Source of the DNA: Enterobacteria phage vB_EcoM_IME540 | DNA: 64,000 bases | Reading direction: 5' to 3' (one strand) | Sequence record: MT150133.1 | In this document: positions 43,904 to 53,527 of the stretch, piece after piece | Numbering within the stretch: the stretch's first letter is position 1 | How the letters are laid out: the number at the start of each line of letters is the position of its first letter | Made by a program: the position numbers and the translations under genes | The notes under the pieces: model-generated | The model's input: only the letters and a program-made list of their open reading frames with translations | What the model was told of the DNA's origin: nothing | Database searches by the model: none

Positions 43904-44266
43904 TTAATTACCAATGGTATACTTAGACAGTAGTTCCCAGTCATTTTTCTGCTTAAAGGAAATGACACGGAAATTATTAGTGATTTCGAACAGCTCAGAG
44001 TCGTCTACTATATCAATCAGTCCCCACTCCTTAAGAAGCTGGGCAATTGAATCACGACGTTGGTAGTCTTCACCATCGATATCAACTTGGCGGCCATCCA
44101 TACGTAACATCTCTTTAAAGTGGACGATATAATATAGCCCTTGCTTTTGCAGAATGTGGCAGGATTGATATAGTTTCTTTTCTTTATTATTAGCGATACC
44201 CATACGAGTTAGGGTCTCTTTCACTTTCAAGAAGTCTTCAGGTTGTTTCAGAGTAATTTCAATCAT
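43904..44266 (-). CDS. regA: translational repressor RegA
   Basis: 120 aa; near-identical to recalled T4 RegA (MIEITLK.PEDFLKVKETLTRMGIANNK, LYQSCHILQK.GLYYIVHFKEMLRMDGRQV, NNFRVISFKQK). Confidence 0.95.
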   Translation of the reverse strand: MIEITLKQPEDFLKVKETLTRMGIANNKEKKLYQSCHILQKQGLYYIVHFKEMLRMDGRQVDIDGEDYQRRDSIAQLLKEWGLIDIVDDSELFEITNNFRVISFKQKNDWELLSKYTIGN

Positions 44267-44272
44267 TTTAAT

Positions 44273-44845
44273 TTACCATTCCAATGCTTTCTTTTTCAAG
44301 TCTTTTTGTTCTTTAACATTTTTGGTTACGGATTTCAGGAACTCGTCCGTAACCAACCCTTTCATCTTCTTAAGCATCGCCGGAAGATGGCCTTTAATTT
44401 TATAAGTCTCGAGATAACGATAAGCGTCATCATTATTAATTGAATGGTATTTCATCAATAAACGAGTAATAAAAACTACACTAACTTCATCATCATGGGC
44501 CTTAGCCCATTTACCAAATCTCTTACCCTTAGGAACCGCGTGTAAAAGATAGTTAAAATGACTTTGGTCATCAAGTTTCAAACAGTTAACCATTGCAGCT
44601 TGCATAATGCAATCCACATGTTGGCTCAAACTATTATCGAGCCAAAATTGATTGTAGTTTTCCGACTGAGCCAAGTTACGTTGGTTCTTACCATATGTGA
44701 TATCGTTCATAATGGCAAACAATTCGTTTTCAGCCTTTTCTTTAAATGAATCGGCCAAGGCTTGAATAGCGGCATCGTTACGTTGTTTCCAAGCAACTTC
44801 ATGTTCGTTCAGTTCGACGTCATCATCAAAAAGACTTATAGCCAT
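44273..44845 (-). CDS. 62: clamp loader small subunit gp62
   Basis: 190 aa; matches recalled T4 gp62 (LNEH.VAW, ADSFKEKAENE.F, GKR.GKWAK, LKGLVTD.FLK.VTKNVKEQK.LKK.ALEW). Confidence 0.93.
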   Translation of the reverse strand: MAISLFDDDVELNEHEVAWKQRNDAAIQALADSFKEKAENELFAIMNDITYGKNQRNLAQSENYNQFWLDNSLSQHVDCIMQAAMVNCLKLDDQSHFNYLLHAVPKGKRFGKWAKAHDDEVSVVFITRLLMKYHSINNDDAYRYLETYKIKGHLPAMLKKMKGLVTDEFLKSVTKNVKEQKDLKKKALEW

Positions 44846-45795
44846 TGGAGCTCCAGAGCAAGTTGGATGAACAGATAAGTCATGTGAATTTCTGGGTTAG
44901 CCGCAATACCGTGGTATTGGTTATTTTCACCGACAATTTCATACATTCTAACAATGCTTGGCCCAGGCAATTTACCATAGAGTTCGTTAGCCAGCGCCAT
45001 AATAAAGTTGGAATAGTCATTGACATGGCGTGGAGCTAATGCACGGAGTTCTTTAAAGTTTTTATCTTTAAGTGCAGCCACTACTTCATCAATAGGCGAA
45101 TTGGTATTCATTACAATACTCAAAATGCCTGTATCGATTTTACCACTGGATGAGTAACGGTCTAGTTGGTTAACTGTTTTACGGAAGTCAGGAAAGTTTT
45201 GTTTAACTAAGGCAGCAATAACTTTAAGGTCTTCGACTTCGATATTTTCGTTTTTACAGATTGCTACAGCACGATGAATCATTTCTTTCATCATGGATGT
45301 TTGGTCGGCCGGAGTGGCTTCACCAAATTTAATAACACGACAACGGGATTGAAGTGGACCGATAATACCATCAATATTGTTTGCTGTAATAATTACAGAA
45401 CAGTTTGAGGAATAGGCTTCTAAGAACGAACGAAGGTGACGTTGAGCTTCAGCAACACCGGCGCGGTCGAATTCGTCGATAACAATTACCTTACGCTTAC
45501 CTTCGATAGATTTGGAAGATGCAAAACGAGTAAGTTCATTACGAACGAAATCAATACGGCAGTCAGAACCGTTAACAAACAACATGTCTGAATTTGTATC
45601 AGCACACAATGCTTTAGCTACGGTAGTTTTACCTGTGCCTGGTGAAGCAGAGACTAGGATAATGTTAGGGATTAGGCCCTTATTAACAATGGCTTGGAGG
45701 GTTTCTTTATCATGCGCAGGCAGAATACACTCAGATAAAGTACCTGGACGATATTTCTGTTCGAACATGAATTCATTATTGTTTACTGTAAGCAT
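44836..45795 (-). CDS. 44: clamp loader large subunit gp44 (AAA+)
   Basis: 319 aa; matches recalled T4 gp44 (EQKYRP, SPGTGKTTVAKALC, KVIVIDEFDR, RSFMEAYSSNCS.IITANNIDGII.PLQSRCRVI, MYEIVGENNQYHGIAAN). Confidence 0.97.
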   Translation of the reverse strand: MLTVNNNEFMFEQKYRPGTLSECILPAHDKETLQAIVNKGLIPNIILVSASPGTGKTTVAKALCADTNSDMLFVNGSDCRIDFVRNELTRFASSKSIEGKRKVIVIDEFDRAGVAEAQRHLRSFLEAYSSNCSVIITANNIDGIIGPLQSRCRVIKFGEATPADQTSMMKEMIHRAVAICKNENIEVEDLKVIAALVKQNFPDFRKTVNQLDRYSSSGKIDTGILSIVMNTNSPIDEVVAALKDKNFKELRALAPRHVNDYSNFIMALANELYGKLPGPSIVRMYEIVGENNQYHGIAANPEIHMTYLFIQLALELQWL

Positions 45796-45857
45796 ATTAA
45801 TTTCCTCAGGTTTGTTTTTACATTATACTCCAAGGGAGGAATATTCCTCCCTATGCT

Positions 45858-46556
45858 TTAGAACGAGTGGCTTGAGCCTGCTTCCATAGCCAATACATAA
45901 GAAGCTTGTGAACCTTCAAACTTGGCTGCGAAACGAGCGTCCTGGCCTTCACCACGGGCCCATAACAATACATGGTAATCGGCAGGCATCATTTTCATAT
46001 TAGTTTTGTTGATAATGAATTTGAATTCAGGGCCATCATGGTCTGCAACCACTAAGGAATACAATGGACGGGCCAGGTCCTTATCATCAACTTGTTTGTA
46101 GCCATTGATTACAATTTTACCATTGTCTACAGTAATAGCAAATGTATCAATACTCAGTCCAGAGGACACACGCATCAACTGTTGGTAATCTTCGGCTTTA
46201 AGGTCAAAAATAACTTCAGCCACCGGGAACGGAATAGCTTTGCTTGGGAATGCAATTGTACTTGGGTCGGCAATAGGCCACTTAATAGTTGAACGTTGGT
46301 CTTTAATAATTAGAGTGGTTTGGTCTTCACTTACCGAAACTTCAGCACTATCAGATACCAATGACAGAATACTTAAGAAGCCGTTCAAATCATAGATTGC
46401 GGCTTCGATATCAAAGGTATCACTTACAGTAGCTTCACCATAACTTGCACCCGTTACTGAACGAGTTAGAATAGTGTTACCAGGCTTAAGCATGATACCT
46501 GGGTTAATACTGGAGAAGTTTTTCAGAATGTTCAGAGTTTCTTTAGAGAATTTCAT
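45858..46556 (-). CDS. 45: sliding clamp gp45
   Basis: 232 aa; matches recalled T4 gp45 (AIYDLNGFL.ILSLV.D.AE.S, ST..WP.ADPST, LRVS.GL.IDT.AITV, FKF.INK.NMKM.P..Y.LLLWA). Confidence 0.95.
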   Translation of the reverse strand: MKFSKETLNILKNFSSINPGIMLKPGNTILTRSVTGASYGEATVSDTFDIEAAIYDLNGFLSILSLVSDSAEVSVSEDQTTLIIKDQRSTIKWPIADPSTIAFPSKAIPFPVAEVIFDLKAEDYQQLMRVSSGLSIDTFAITVDNGKIVINGYKQVDDKDLARPLYSLVVADHDGPEFKFIINKTNMKMMPADYHVLLWARGEGQDARFAAKFEGSQASYVLAMEAGSSHSF

Positions 46557-46580
46557 AATGTTTCCTTATCAAGTCAAAAA

Positions 46581-46994
46581 TTAAGCAATAACGATCATTT
46601 GTTTACGAATGGATTCAGGCAGAGATTCAATATACTCTGGAATCTGGGAAGCAACAATAGCACCAGCTTCAAGCAGTTGTTCGTCAAAATCTACACAATA
46701 ATCATCTTCGAGACGTTCAGAACCATCACGGTCGATAACCAGTTTAGCACCTGCGGCCAGTGAATCATTATAGTGGCGACGCATAATTTCTACCCACTTA
46801 TCGGATACGTCGTTATCAATGATACCGTAGAGCATGAACTTAGTTTCTTGTGGAAGAGACTGCAGACGACGTGCAGAGTCGGTATCAATATTCAGTACCC
46901 ATGATTTACGGATACGGTTTTGATTATGTGGGTTGGAATCAGTACGAATGGTTTTAACTTGGATATCTTTAACAGTAATAGCGTTAGCAAACAT
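46581..46994 (-). CDS. rpbA: hypothetical protein in the rpbA position (RNA polymerase binding protein A-like)
   Basis: Located between 45 and 46 as T4 rpbA; trimmed to ATG MFANAITVKD with SD-like AGAGA; sequence identity not verified. Confidence 0.5.
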   Translation of the reverse strand: MFANAITVKDIQVKTIRTDSNPHNQNRIRKSWVLNIDTDSARRLQSLPQETKFMLYGIIDNDVSDKWVEIMRRHYNDSLAAGAKLVIDRDGSERLEDDYCVDFDEQLLEAGAIVASQIPEYIESLPESIRKQMIVIA

Positions 46995-47024
46995 AATATT
47001 TTCTCTCATTTGGTTGGTAGATGT

Positions 47025-47050
47025 ATTATAAATCAATATTTTAAAGCACT
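47025..47050 (-). promoter_or_regulatory. candidate MotA-dependent middle promoter (MotA box AGTGCTTTA, 11 nt, -10 TATAAT)
   Basis: MotA-box-like 9-mer at the expected spacing from a consensus -10, 30 nt upstream of the rpbA-like ATG. Confidence 0.45.
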
Positions 47051-47054
47051 TAAT

Positions 47055-47246
47055 TTAATCAAAGTATTCATAAACGAACCAGGCAGGATTCCTGTTCGAC
47101 ATGATTCTATCATACTCTGACTTAAAAGCATTTCGGAGATAATCTTCAGTAACAAGATGTTCGTCTCCAGAGAAGTTATTAACTAAAACATACCGCTTTA
47201 GTTCAGGAACGGCCAACAAATGCTGGCCTGTTATAAAATCACTCAT
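47055..47246 (-). CDS. hypothetical protein (63 aa)
   Basis: ORF between 46 and rpbA-like gene. Confidence 0.55.
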   Translation of the reverse strand: MSDFITGQHLLAVPELKRYVLVNNFSGDEHLVTEDYLRNAFKSEYDRIMSNRNPAWFVYEYFD

Positions 47247-48925
47247 TCCAACACCGTGAATCGTCCAACTTTCTTCATTTGAAGATGTTGGCCATAAGCT
47301 TGTGGGTCATGGTCTCGGTGAGAGATAATGAACACGTTCGTATCCTCAAGGCTATTCAAGATGGTTGCAATGGTCTTAACGCCTTCAGCGTCAGTAGCAC
47401 TGTCAAATACCTCATCAAGAATTAACGTGCTGATATTAACACCTGATACCTTAGAAGCAATATCGCGCCATGTAAAAAGTAGTGCGATATCAATACGTGC
47501 TTTCTCACCCTGTGAAAATGAAGCATAACTAAAGTCTTCACGTCCACGTGATTTAATCGTCTCATTGAACTCTTCGTCTAGTGTAAAGACGTAGTCAGCT
47601 TCCATAATCTTCAAATAAGAATTTATCTGCTTATTAAAGATAGGAATGTATTTCTTAATAATGGAACCTTTAATACCAGTATCCTTCAACATTTCTGTCA
47701 GAATTCCACGATGATATTTTTCCATTACTAAGGACGATTTGGTAGAGACGATTTTATCAAGCTCTGCTTGAAGCGCGGCAATCTCTTCGGCATTACTTAC
47801 GAACTCAGCAGCTGCTTGGTCAATTAATACCTTAACTTTTTTGGCTTTCTCTACAGCAGTAATAGCTTGTTGCTTATGAGTAGCTATCTGAGATTTAATA
47901 GCCAGCGCTTTATTACGTTGTTCGGTTACTTGGTCCTTAATGAGCTTGAGTTCTTGGTACTGCTCATTAATCTTATCCAAAGATTTTTGAAGCTCAAAAT
48001 TCTTATCCTTAATTTTAGTAAGGATATTTCCATGCTCTTCCAATCCTTGCATACATGTAGGACAACTACCACCGGTTTCGTATAACTTAACAACCTTAGT
48101 AAAGGTCGCCATATCATTCTTGATTGCAAATCCTTTATTGCTCAGGTCACTCATAGAGTCGCTAGGGTCATCATCGACGATGACATTGAGTAATTCATCA
48201 GTTAGTTTTTCTATATTGCCCTTCGCAGTCCTGGCTTCTTTAACGAGCTCGTCATACATTACTTGTAGACGTGCTGCGTTCTCGCCGGATAATTTACGCT
48301 GTCGTTCTTCGTTATCATTATAAATTTTAATTTGCTGGGTAATAGAATCCTGTTTAACATCGATTACTTGGATTTGGCTATTAGTCTCACGAATCAAAGA
48401 TTTGTTCAACTTATCCATATCCGCTAATACAGAAACCTCTAAGAGGTCTTCGACGAGTTTTCTTCTTGCAGGAGTGGATAGGCCCATAAAAGGGGTATAT
48501 CCAGCTGTGCCGAGTACGACAATCTGTTTGAAGCTTGTGTAGGACATTCCGATAAGCTGTTCAAATTCCGCTTGGAAGTCTTTACTGCTGGCAGATTCAT
48601 CAAGACGTTCACCGTCACAAGAGATTTCAAAAACGTTGGGTTTTTGCCCGCGTTTGATGTAGTATTCTTTGCCATCATATTCCATCCACAGTTCGACCAA
48701 AAGGTCTTTCTTATTACTTGAGTTAATCAACTGCCCTTTCTTAACATCACGAAAAGGCTTACCGAACAGAGCAAATGTAACGGCTTCAAGGAACGTAGAT
48801 TTCCCTGCGCCGTTTTTACCCGTGACTAAGGTCTTTTGGACCTTATCAAGTTGGATTGTAATAGGTTGCTGGCCTACCGACATAATATTTTTATATGTTA
48901 CTTTCTTTAACTTAAAAGTCTTCAT
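47243..48925 (-). CDS. 46: recombination endonuclease subunit gp46 (Rad50/SbcC-like ATPase)
   Basis: Walker A TGKNGAGKST near N-terminus; matches recalled T4 gp46 (KYKNIMSVGQ, IQLDKVQKTL); start at ATG MKTFKLKK with SD AAGGA. Confidence 0.93.
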   Translation of the reverse strand: MKTFKLKKVTYKNIMSVGQQPITIQLDKVQKTLVTGKNGAGKSTFLEAVTFALFGKPFRDVKKGQLINSSNKKDLLVELWMEYDGKEYYIKRGQKPNVFEISCDGERLDESASSKDFQAEFEQLIGMSYTSFKQIVVLGTAGYTPFMGLSTPARRKLVEDLLEVSVLADMDKLNKSLIRETNSQIQVIDVKQDSITQQIKIYNDNEERQRKLSGENAARLQVMYDELVKEARTAKGNIEKLTDELLNVIVDDDPSDSMSDLSNKGFAIKNDMATFTKVVKLYETGGSCPTCMQGLEEHGNILTKIKDKNFELQKSLDKINEQYQELKLIKDQVTEQRNKALAIKSQIATHKQQAITAVEKAKKVKVLIDQAAAEFVSNAEEIAALQAELDKIVSTKSSLVMEKYHRGILTEMLKDTGIKGSIIKKYIPIFNKQINSYLKIMEADYVFTLDEEFNETIKSRGREDFSYASFSQGEKARIDIALLFTWRDIASKVSGVNISTLILDEVFDSATDAEGVKTIATILNSLEDTNVFIISHRDHDPQAYGQHLQMKKVGRFTVLE

Positions 48926-49175
48926 CGTTATAAGCATCCTTGATGCATGATTCAGCCATATGAATTAATGTTTCTGGAGTATCATCTACCATTACATTAA
49001 AGCTAAATTCCACAGCCCAATCGGTAGCAACATAGACTTTAATAAGCTCGTTGGTATCGCGAGTGCTCACGGCTTCAAACCAGAACTTGATTGTACTAGG
49101 CTGTCCATCGTCATCAATAACGATACAGTCGTGTTCTAGTTCGAGGCCTGATTTTTTGAATTCATCTAAAGTCAT
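48912..49175 (-). CDS. hypothetical protein (87 aa)
   Basis: ORF between 47 and 46. Confidence 0.6.
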   Translation of the reverse strand: MTLDEFKKSGLELEHDCIVIDDDGQPSTIKFWFEAVSTRDTNELIKVYVATDWAVEFSFNVMVDDTPETLIHMAESCIKDAYNDEDF

Positions 49176-50194
49176 CGTGTAACCTCATTATAAAGTTGTG
49201 CAGCCATGGTCTTAAGGGCTTTAACATCGTCTTCAGTGTGGCCGTCAGGAAGGGCATCGATATAATCATACATCATATCCAAGAGGGACTTGACTTCATC
49301 TTCCTCTTCAGAATCATCGATATCAACACTGTTATCTACCTTAGACACAATACGTAAAGAATGGACGACCTTTTCAAGCTCTGATTCGAACTTGGTAAGC
49401 CCGTCATCAATTTTATCGACTATAACACGAACCGCAATATTTGTAAAATCTTTGTAATCGATAGTCGCATTCGGATAATGAATCTTACGATGCCAACAAG
49501 TTTCATTGATGATGAAATCCATTTTATGGGTTTCTGTATCGAAAATCCAGAAGCCACGAGGGTCGTTCTCATCACCTGCAGTCAGGGTCCATGGCGTACC
49601 AATATACTTAACGTTTGCTGCATCAGAAATAGTGTGGAAGTGCCCAGACCATACCTGCTTATACTTCTTAAGGAAATCAGGTTCTAAACCATGAGATTTC
49701 ATTCCTTTATAGAAATAGAAACCATTTAATTCCCAGTGACCTATACAGAAATCTGCTGTGGTATTTTTGATATGGTCCATGATATCGGTCGTGTTTTCTT
49801 CACACATCCATGGAATCAAATCAATTTCGGTGCCATCAAAGTTAACCGTAGTGGGTTTCTCAATAACCTTGATATGGTCATATTTACCCAGAACTTCAGA
49901 AGCAGCGTTCGGTGTCAAGGTATTTTTGTAGTGGGCATCGTGGTTGCCTACGACAGTATACATGGTAATGCCGTTGGTTTTAAGCAAATCTGAAATATGT
50001 CTAGCAAATTCCATGCACTTATGAGTAATTGCTTTACGAACATCAAATATATCACCGTACTGAATCCATACAGTAATGCCATTTGCTTTAGAATAATTGA
50101 TGGCATCTTTGATGCCGGCCAATTGGATGTTTTGCACCCAAGGGTCGTCGTTCTTCACTCCAAGGTGCCAGTCACCCGTATTAAGAATTTTCAT
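49172..50194 (-). CDS. 47: recombination endonuclease subunit gp47 (Mre11/SbcD-like)
   Basis: Calcineurin-like phosphoesterase motifs (ILNTGDWHLG, GDIFD, VVGNHD, GHWE); track ORF extends 24 codons upstream of the likely ATG MKILNTGD. Confidence 0.92.
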   Translation of the reverse strand: MKILNTGDWHLGVKNDDPWVQNIQLAGIKDAINYSKANGITVWIQYGDIFDVRKAITHKCMEFARHISDLLKTNGITMYTVVGNHDAHYKNTLTPNAASEVLGKYDHIKVIEKPTTVNFDGTEIDLIPWMCEENTTDIMDHIKNTTADFCIGHWELNGFYFYKGMKSHGLEPDFLKKYKQVWSGHFHTISDAANVKYIGTPWTLTAGDENDPRGFWIFDTETHKMDFIINETCWHRKIHYPNATIDYKDFTNIAVRVIVDKIDDGLTKFESELEKVVHSLRIVSKVDNSVDIDDSEEEDEVKSLLDMMYDYIDALPDGHTEDDVKALKTMAAQLYNEVTR

Positions 50195-50798
50195 TACGTA
50201 TTCGTTCCCACATTTTGGAGGCTGCTTTAGAAGCAGAGCCAGGAAGTTTACCTTTGACCCACCCATCAGGAATATTAGATGGGTTAATCAGTTTATGTTC
50301 TATTCCGTTATTATACCACTTCCTGCCCTTATTATGACTAGATGCTTTATAATTAGGTGAACGACCTTCTACGTATCCTTCCGGGACTGTAGGTGCAAAG
50401 GTTTGTTCCAATGTAACAGGATTATAGGAATGAATATACCCTTTAGCATTATGAGAGCCGTAAAGAGGGTGTTGCTCTTTAGGTAGCGAAAGCCCAAAGA
50501 ATCCTTTAGGAGCTGCGACAGCCCTATTAAAGAATAGAGGATTTTGGGCCGCATCGGTTCTTAACTGGTACATTCTTTCAGCTTCTAAAGCCTCTTCTCT
50601 TGTAGGGTGTTCACTTACAATACACGAGTCAAATAATTCTGGATGCTCTAAAAGCTCATTTTTATAGATTTCTTTATATGCTTTAGAAAGGACACTCCCG
50701 TGATATCCTTTTAAATGCTTCTCTAAAGTGGTAGACCCTATATAAAACGGTGGAAGCTTAGTCCCGGAATATATTGTCAGGTATGTGATGTATTTCAT
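50181..50798 (-). CDS. GIY-YIG family homing endonuclease (Seg-like)
   Basis: N-terminal YITYLTIYSG...PFYIGST with downstream conserved R/E and N; C-terminal NUMOD3-like NKGRKWYNNGIEHKLINPSNIPDGWVKG. Confidence 0.65.
   Translation of the reverse strand: MKYITYLTIYSGTKLPPFYIGSTTLEKHLKGYHGSVLSKAYKEIYKNELLEHPELFDSCIVSEHPTREEALEAERMYQLRTDAAQNPLFFNRAVAAPKGFFGLSLPKEQHPLYGSHNAKGYIHSYNPVTLEQTFAPTVPEGYVEGRSPNYKASSHNKGRKWYNNGIEHKLINPSNIPDGWVKGKLPGSASKAASKMWERIRNENS
50181..50798 (-). mobile_element. free-standing homing endonuclease gene inserted between genes 47 and 55
   Basis: Seg-type endonuclease ORF at a locus that in T4 carries a-gt and mob/seg elements; bounded upstream by a terminator. Confidence 0.5.
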
Positions 50799-50826
50799 AG
50801 ATTTATTTTATCATCCATTCAGAAAG

Positions 50827-50847
50827 CAAAAAAGGAGCCTAAGCTCC
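50827..50847 (-). terminator. intrinsic terminator (GGAGC-TTAG-GCTCC plus TTTTTT)
   Basis: Hairpin with T-run upstream of the homing endonuclease gene; overlaps stop of a small ORF. Confidence 0.55.
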
Positions 50848-51012
50848 TTTACCAACTAATACACCATACAGAGGTTCATGAGAAGACCTGAACTTAATAG
50901 GCTTATATGTAATAGTACCTTCATTTTCTGCTTTAATACGAGCGGCTTCAAATTGAAGAATCATCTCGTTTTTGTCAGATTTAATCTTATCAAAATCCAT
51001 CGAATTCGTCAT
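50839..51012 (-). CDS. hypothetical small protein (57 aa)
   Basis: Sub-threshold ORF MTNSMDFDKIKSDKNEMILQFEAARIKAENEGTITYKPIKF... with SD AAGAGG; stop lies in terminator loop; coordinates approximate. Confidence 0.35.
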   Translation of the reverse strand: MTNSMDFDKIKSDKNEMILQFEAARIKAENEGTITYKPIKFRSSHEPLYGVLVGKGA

Positions 51013-51070
51013 TCATACAACCTCTTAAACTTTTTCGTATTCGTCTTTCATTAGCCGCCTGTCCACGTTA

Positions 51071-51271
51071 TCATCGTTGCCACCATTTCTTAAGTTGATG
51101 AGAATCTACCCAAACCTTGGCTACGGGCTCAATCCGAAAAATTCCATCGGAATACTGGCCGACCATTTTATATTCGGTTTCGGACTGCTTAATACAGATA
51201 TTACCGTATGAGCGAAGTCTAAAGGCGGCTCCAATAAGAAGCCGTTTAAAGGGTTTATTTACTAGGGCCAT
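51071..51271 (-). CDS. hypothetical protein (66 aa)
   Basis: Track ORF in gene string, overlaps 3' end of upstream ORF; weak support. Confidence 0.35.
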   Translation of the reverse strand: MALVNKPFKRLLIGAAFRLRSYGNICIKQSETEYKMVGQYSDGIFRIEPVAKVWVDSHQLKKWWQR

Positions 51272-51566
51272 TGACGATTTCCCAAATTTGTTTGCGGGTA
51301 GATTCCCACATCAATTGAACAAGTTCATCAGTAACAGGTTGACGGTAAATACCACGTAATTTAATTAAAGCGTACTTATATGCTTCAAAGTTGTTTTCAA
51401 GTACAGCGCCTTGGGCATGGAGATTTAAACGACGGATTTCACGAGCATTCTTCTTAAGAATCTTGGCCGCTTGAGAATTAGCTTCTTTAATATTGTGCTC
51501 TTCTAAACGTTGCTGGGCTTCTTCAATTTGCTCATCAGTCAATTGAGAAATGTCATGGCTTTGCAT
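51255..51566 (-). CDS. hypothetical protein (103 aa)
   Basis: ORF downstream of gene 55. Confidence 0.6.
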   Translation of the reverse strand: MQSHDISQLTDEQIEEAQQRLEEHNIKEANSQAAKILKKNAREIRRLNLHAQGAVLENNFEAYKYALIKLRGIYRQPVTDELVQLMWESTRKQIWEIVNGPSK

Positions 51567-51567
51567 A

Positions 51568-51798
51568 TTAATCCTTTGGAGTCAATTCAATAGTGAAGTA
51601 GAAATTAGCGTTCTCAACATGATAACGGTAATCTACGTTATTGTCAGGAGAAGTGAATTCAATATTCCTGACGTTAAGTGGGTCAATATCAATAGGAAGA
51701 CCTTTAACATCCCGTAATATCAATTTAATAAAATAAGGGAGTGCTTCAAAGTCTTCCATTCCATCTAAAAGTGGAGTGATATTAATCTGATGTTCCAT
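51568..51798 (-). CDS. hypothetical protein (76 aa)
   Basis: Track ORF trimmed to [11 protein letters not shown], which overlaps the gp55 3' end. Confidence 0.55.
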   Translation of the reverse strand: MEHQINITPLLDGMEDFEALPYFIKLILRDVKGLPIDIDPLNVRNIEFTSPDNNVDYRYHVENANFYFTIELTPKD

Positions 51799-52339
51799 AT
51801 AAAAAATCCAGTTCACCAACTTTAGGTTCGGCACTCTTATCAGACCCTGGCGCTTTAGTTAAAGAGGTTTCATACTGTGTCATTTTATCGTAGATATCTT
51901 GGATAAAGGTTTCATCTGCAATACCTACCATATCGTCATCATTACTGTCATAGACATTATGGACGAAGTAGCTATATTTCTTTGCCATTTCTTTACGTTC
52001 TTTTTTGATACGCTGAACGAAGGCATTAAAACAAGCCATAGTGATATATGCATGCGGGTTGTCGTATTTTGTTTCGTCGAAGTTGTGAAGACCTTTAATC
52101 GAAGCTTCGATTCCATCAGCAATCATTTCTTGCTTCCAAGATTGGGTATATCCTGAGAAGTTGAAACGTTTACTTAGTCCTTCAGCAATGAGCATAATAG
52201 CCAAGCCGATAACGTCGTTCTGGCGAACTATTTTATTAGGATCGGTATTTTCTCTAAGCTCTGTTTTCCATTGGGTAATAGCTTTCAGAAGCTCCTTATT
52301 ATTTACATAGTTATTTTTAGTCAGTTTAATTTCGGTCAT
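51782..52339 (-). CDS. 55: late-transcription sigma factor gp55
   Basis: 185 aa; near-identical to recalled T4 gp55 ([81 protein letters not shown]); SD GAGGT. Confidence 0.95.
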   Translation of the reverse strand: MTEIKLTKNNYVNNKELLKAITQWKTELRENTDPNKIVRQNDVIGLAIMLIAEGLSKRFNFSGYTQSWKQEMIADGIEASIKGLHNFDETKYDNPHAYITMACFNAFVQRIKKERKEMAKKYSYFVHNVYDSNDDDMVGIADETFIQDIYDKMTQYETSLTKAPGSDKSAEPKVGELDFLYGTSD

Positions 52340-52370
52340 TGTTACCTCAGATAACTCAAATCATAGGTCT

Positions 52371-52379
52371 ATTATATCA
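52371..52379 (-). promoter_or_regulatory. TGa-extended -10 TATAAT upstream of gene 55
   Basis: TGATATAAT followed by AGACCTATGA leader; no convincing -35 or correctly spaced MotA box. Confidence 0.35.
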
Positions 52380-52405
52380 TAGTATTTGAAGACCCTTTTA
52401 AAGCA

Positions 52406-52669
52406 TCAACGGAGTAAGCAATAAGCCTGAAATACGGTTTCAAGGATTTGTGTGAACTCGGAATAAGAAATTGTATCAGTACATCCATGTTCAGACATAT
52501 ATCCACAAAATTCTTTAAAAAGACCTGGATATTCGCGATGGTTGTATTTGGAAATATGAGACTTCCATACTAAAGAAGTCTCACCACAAACAAACTCAAC
52601 ATCCATACAGTTATCTATTAAGAAAAATCCGAGACCTTCGTAGGCGAGGGTGGTGGATATGGGTTTCAT
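52406..52669 (-). CDS. hypothetical protein (87 aa)
   Basis: ORF in small-gene array upstream of 55. Confidence 0.55.
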   Translation of the reverse strand: MKPISTTLAYEGLGFFLIDNCMDVEFVCGETSLVWKSHISKYNHREYPGLFKEFCGYMSEHGCTDTISYSEFTQILETVFQAYCLLR

Positions 52670-52932
52670 TGTAGGAATCGAGCTCCTTCCAAGGCATCAT
52701 CTAGGTTATCGAACTCGTCGACGTAATCAACACCGCCAACCTCATCTTTTGCATACAGCCAATACTGTTTAAACTCGTATTCAATAATAAAGTGGTCGCC
52801 TTCAATTTGAAGAACCCCATCACCATTAAATTGAACTGCATAACCTGTAAAGCGGACATCATTCAAGAGTTCTTCTTTCATAGCAATCATTTCCAAGTTT
52901 TTATCGTAATTAGAGAGTTTTATTTTAATCAT
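52666..52932 (-). CDS. hypothetical protein (88 aa)
   Basis: ATGA overlap with neighbours. Confidence 0.55.
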   Translation of the reverse strand: MIKIKLSNYDKNLEMIAMKEELLNDVRFTGYAVQFNGDGVLQIEGDHFIIEYEFKQYWLYAKDEVGGVDYVDEFDNLDDALEGARFLQ

Positions 52933-53258
52933 TTCGCTGCCTTAACAATTTTCAGGTCAACGAATTTTTTCTTACGTTGGTTTTTCATACGACGGATAGT
53001 TTTATCAGAGATTTCACCAGGGGCCCAAGCTTTAGATTCTACACCAAAGGCAGCGACATCGAATTCATCGAGGATATATTGAACCAGAATTTCACGAATA
53101 CCGTTCTTACCAATTTTCTGGTCTTTAGAGTGCATGATAGGTAACAGTTCAGCAACCCATTGGTCAAGAACCTGAGGAGTTACAAAACCAGTTTTCATCA
53201 GTTCGTTTACTTTATCGAAAGCGAAAGAGTTCAGTACGTTTTTAATAGCTTGTGACAT
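52929..53258 (-). CDS. hypothetical protein (109 aa)
   Basis: Track ORF start lies in the promoter -10; ATG MSQAIKNV follows SD GAGGAAATT. Confidence 0.6.
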   Translation of the reverse strand: MSQAIKNVLNSFAFDKVNELMKTGFVTPQVLDQWVAELLPIMHSKDQKIGKNGIREILVQYILDEFDVAAFGVESKAWAPGEISDKTIRRMKNQRKKKFVDLKIVKAAK

Positions 53259-53297
53259 AATAATTTCCTCAGTTTTAAATTTATAATCCGTAGGACC

Positions 53298-53327
53298 ATT
53301 ATACTCTGGTCCCAAGAGTTTGTAAAC
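53298..53327 (-). promoter_or_regulatory. early promoter (-35 GTTTAC, 18 nt, -10 TATAAT)
   Basis: Consensus hexamers; -35 overlaps upstream stop codon; inverted repeat GGACCA / TGGTCC brackets the -10. Confidence 0.65.
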
Positions 53328-53527
53328 TATTTTTGTGTTTTGGCGCCTTTCCAACCTTCATACATCATTGCTGCGGAAATTAACAAAGCACCTGAGCAAC
53401 TTGAATATTTGTGATTCCAAAACCAGTTCAGAAAAACTTCATCATCAATACCTTGGGCCATCATATTTTCAAAGAACTGACGACGGGCTTCAGCAATTCG
53501 CTGTGATAATTTAGATTCAGGATTCAT
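53327..53527 (-). CDS. hypothetical protein (66 aa)
   Basis: ORF in gene string. Confidence 0.5.
   Translation of the reverse strand: MNPESKLSQRIAEARRQFFENMMAQGIDDEVFLNWFWNHKYSSCSGALLISAAMMYEGWKGAKTQK

Noticed and set aside
46556-46620. Candidate MotA box (TTGCTTAA) upstream of gene 45
   Set aside because: The box deviates at the conserved position after TGCTT and the only -10 candidate (TAAGGA) lacks the invariant final T; too weak to report.
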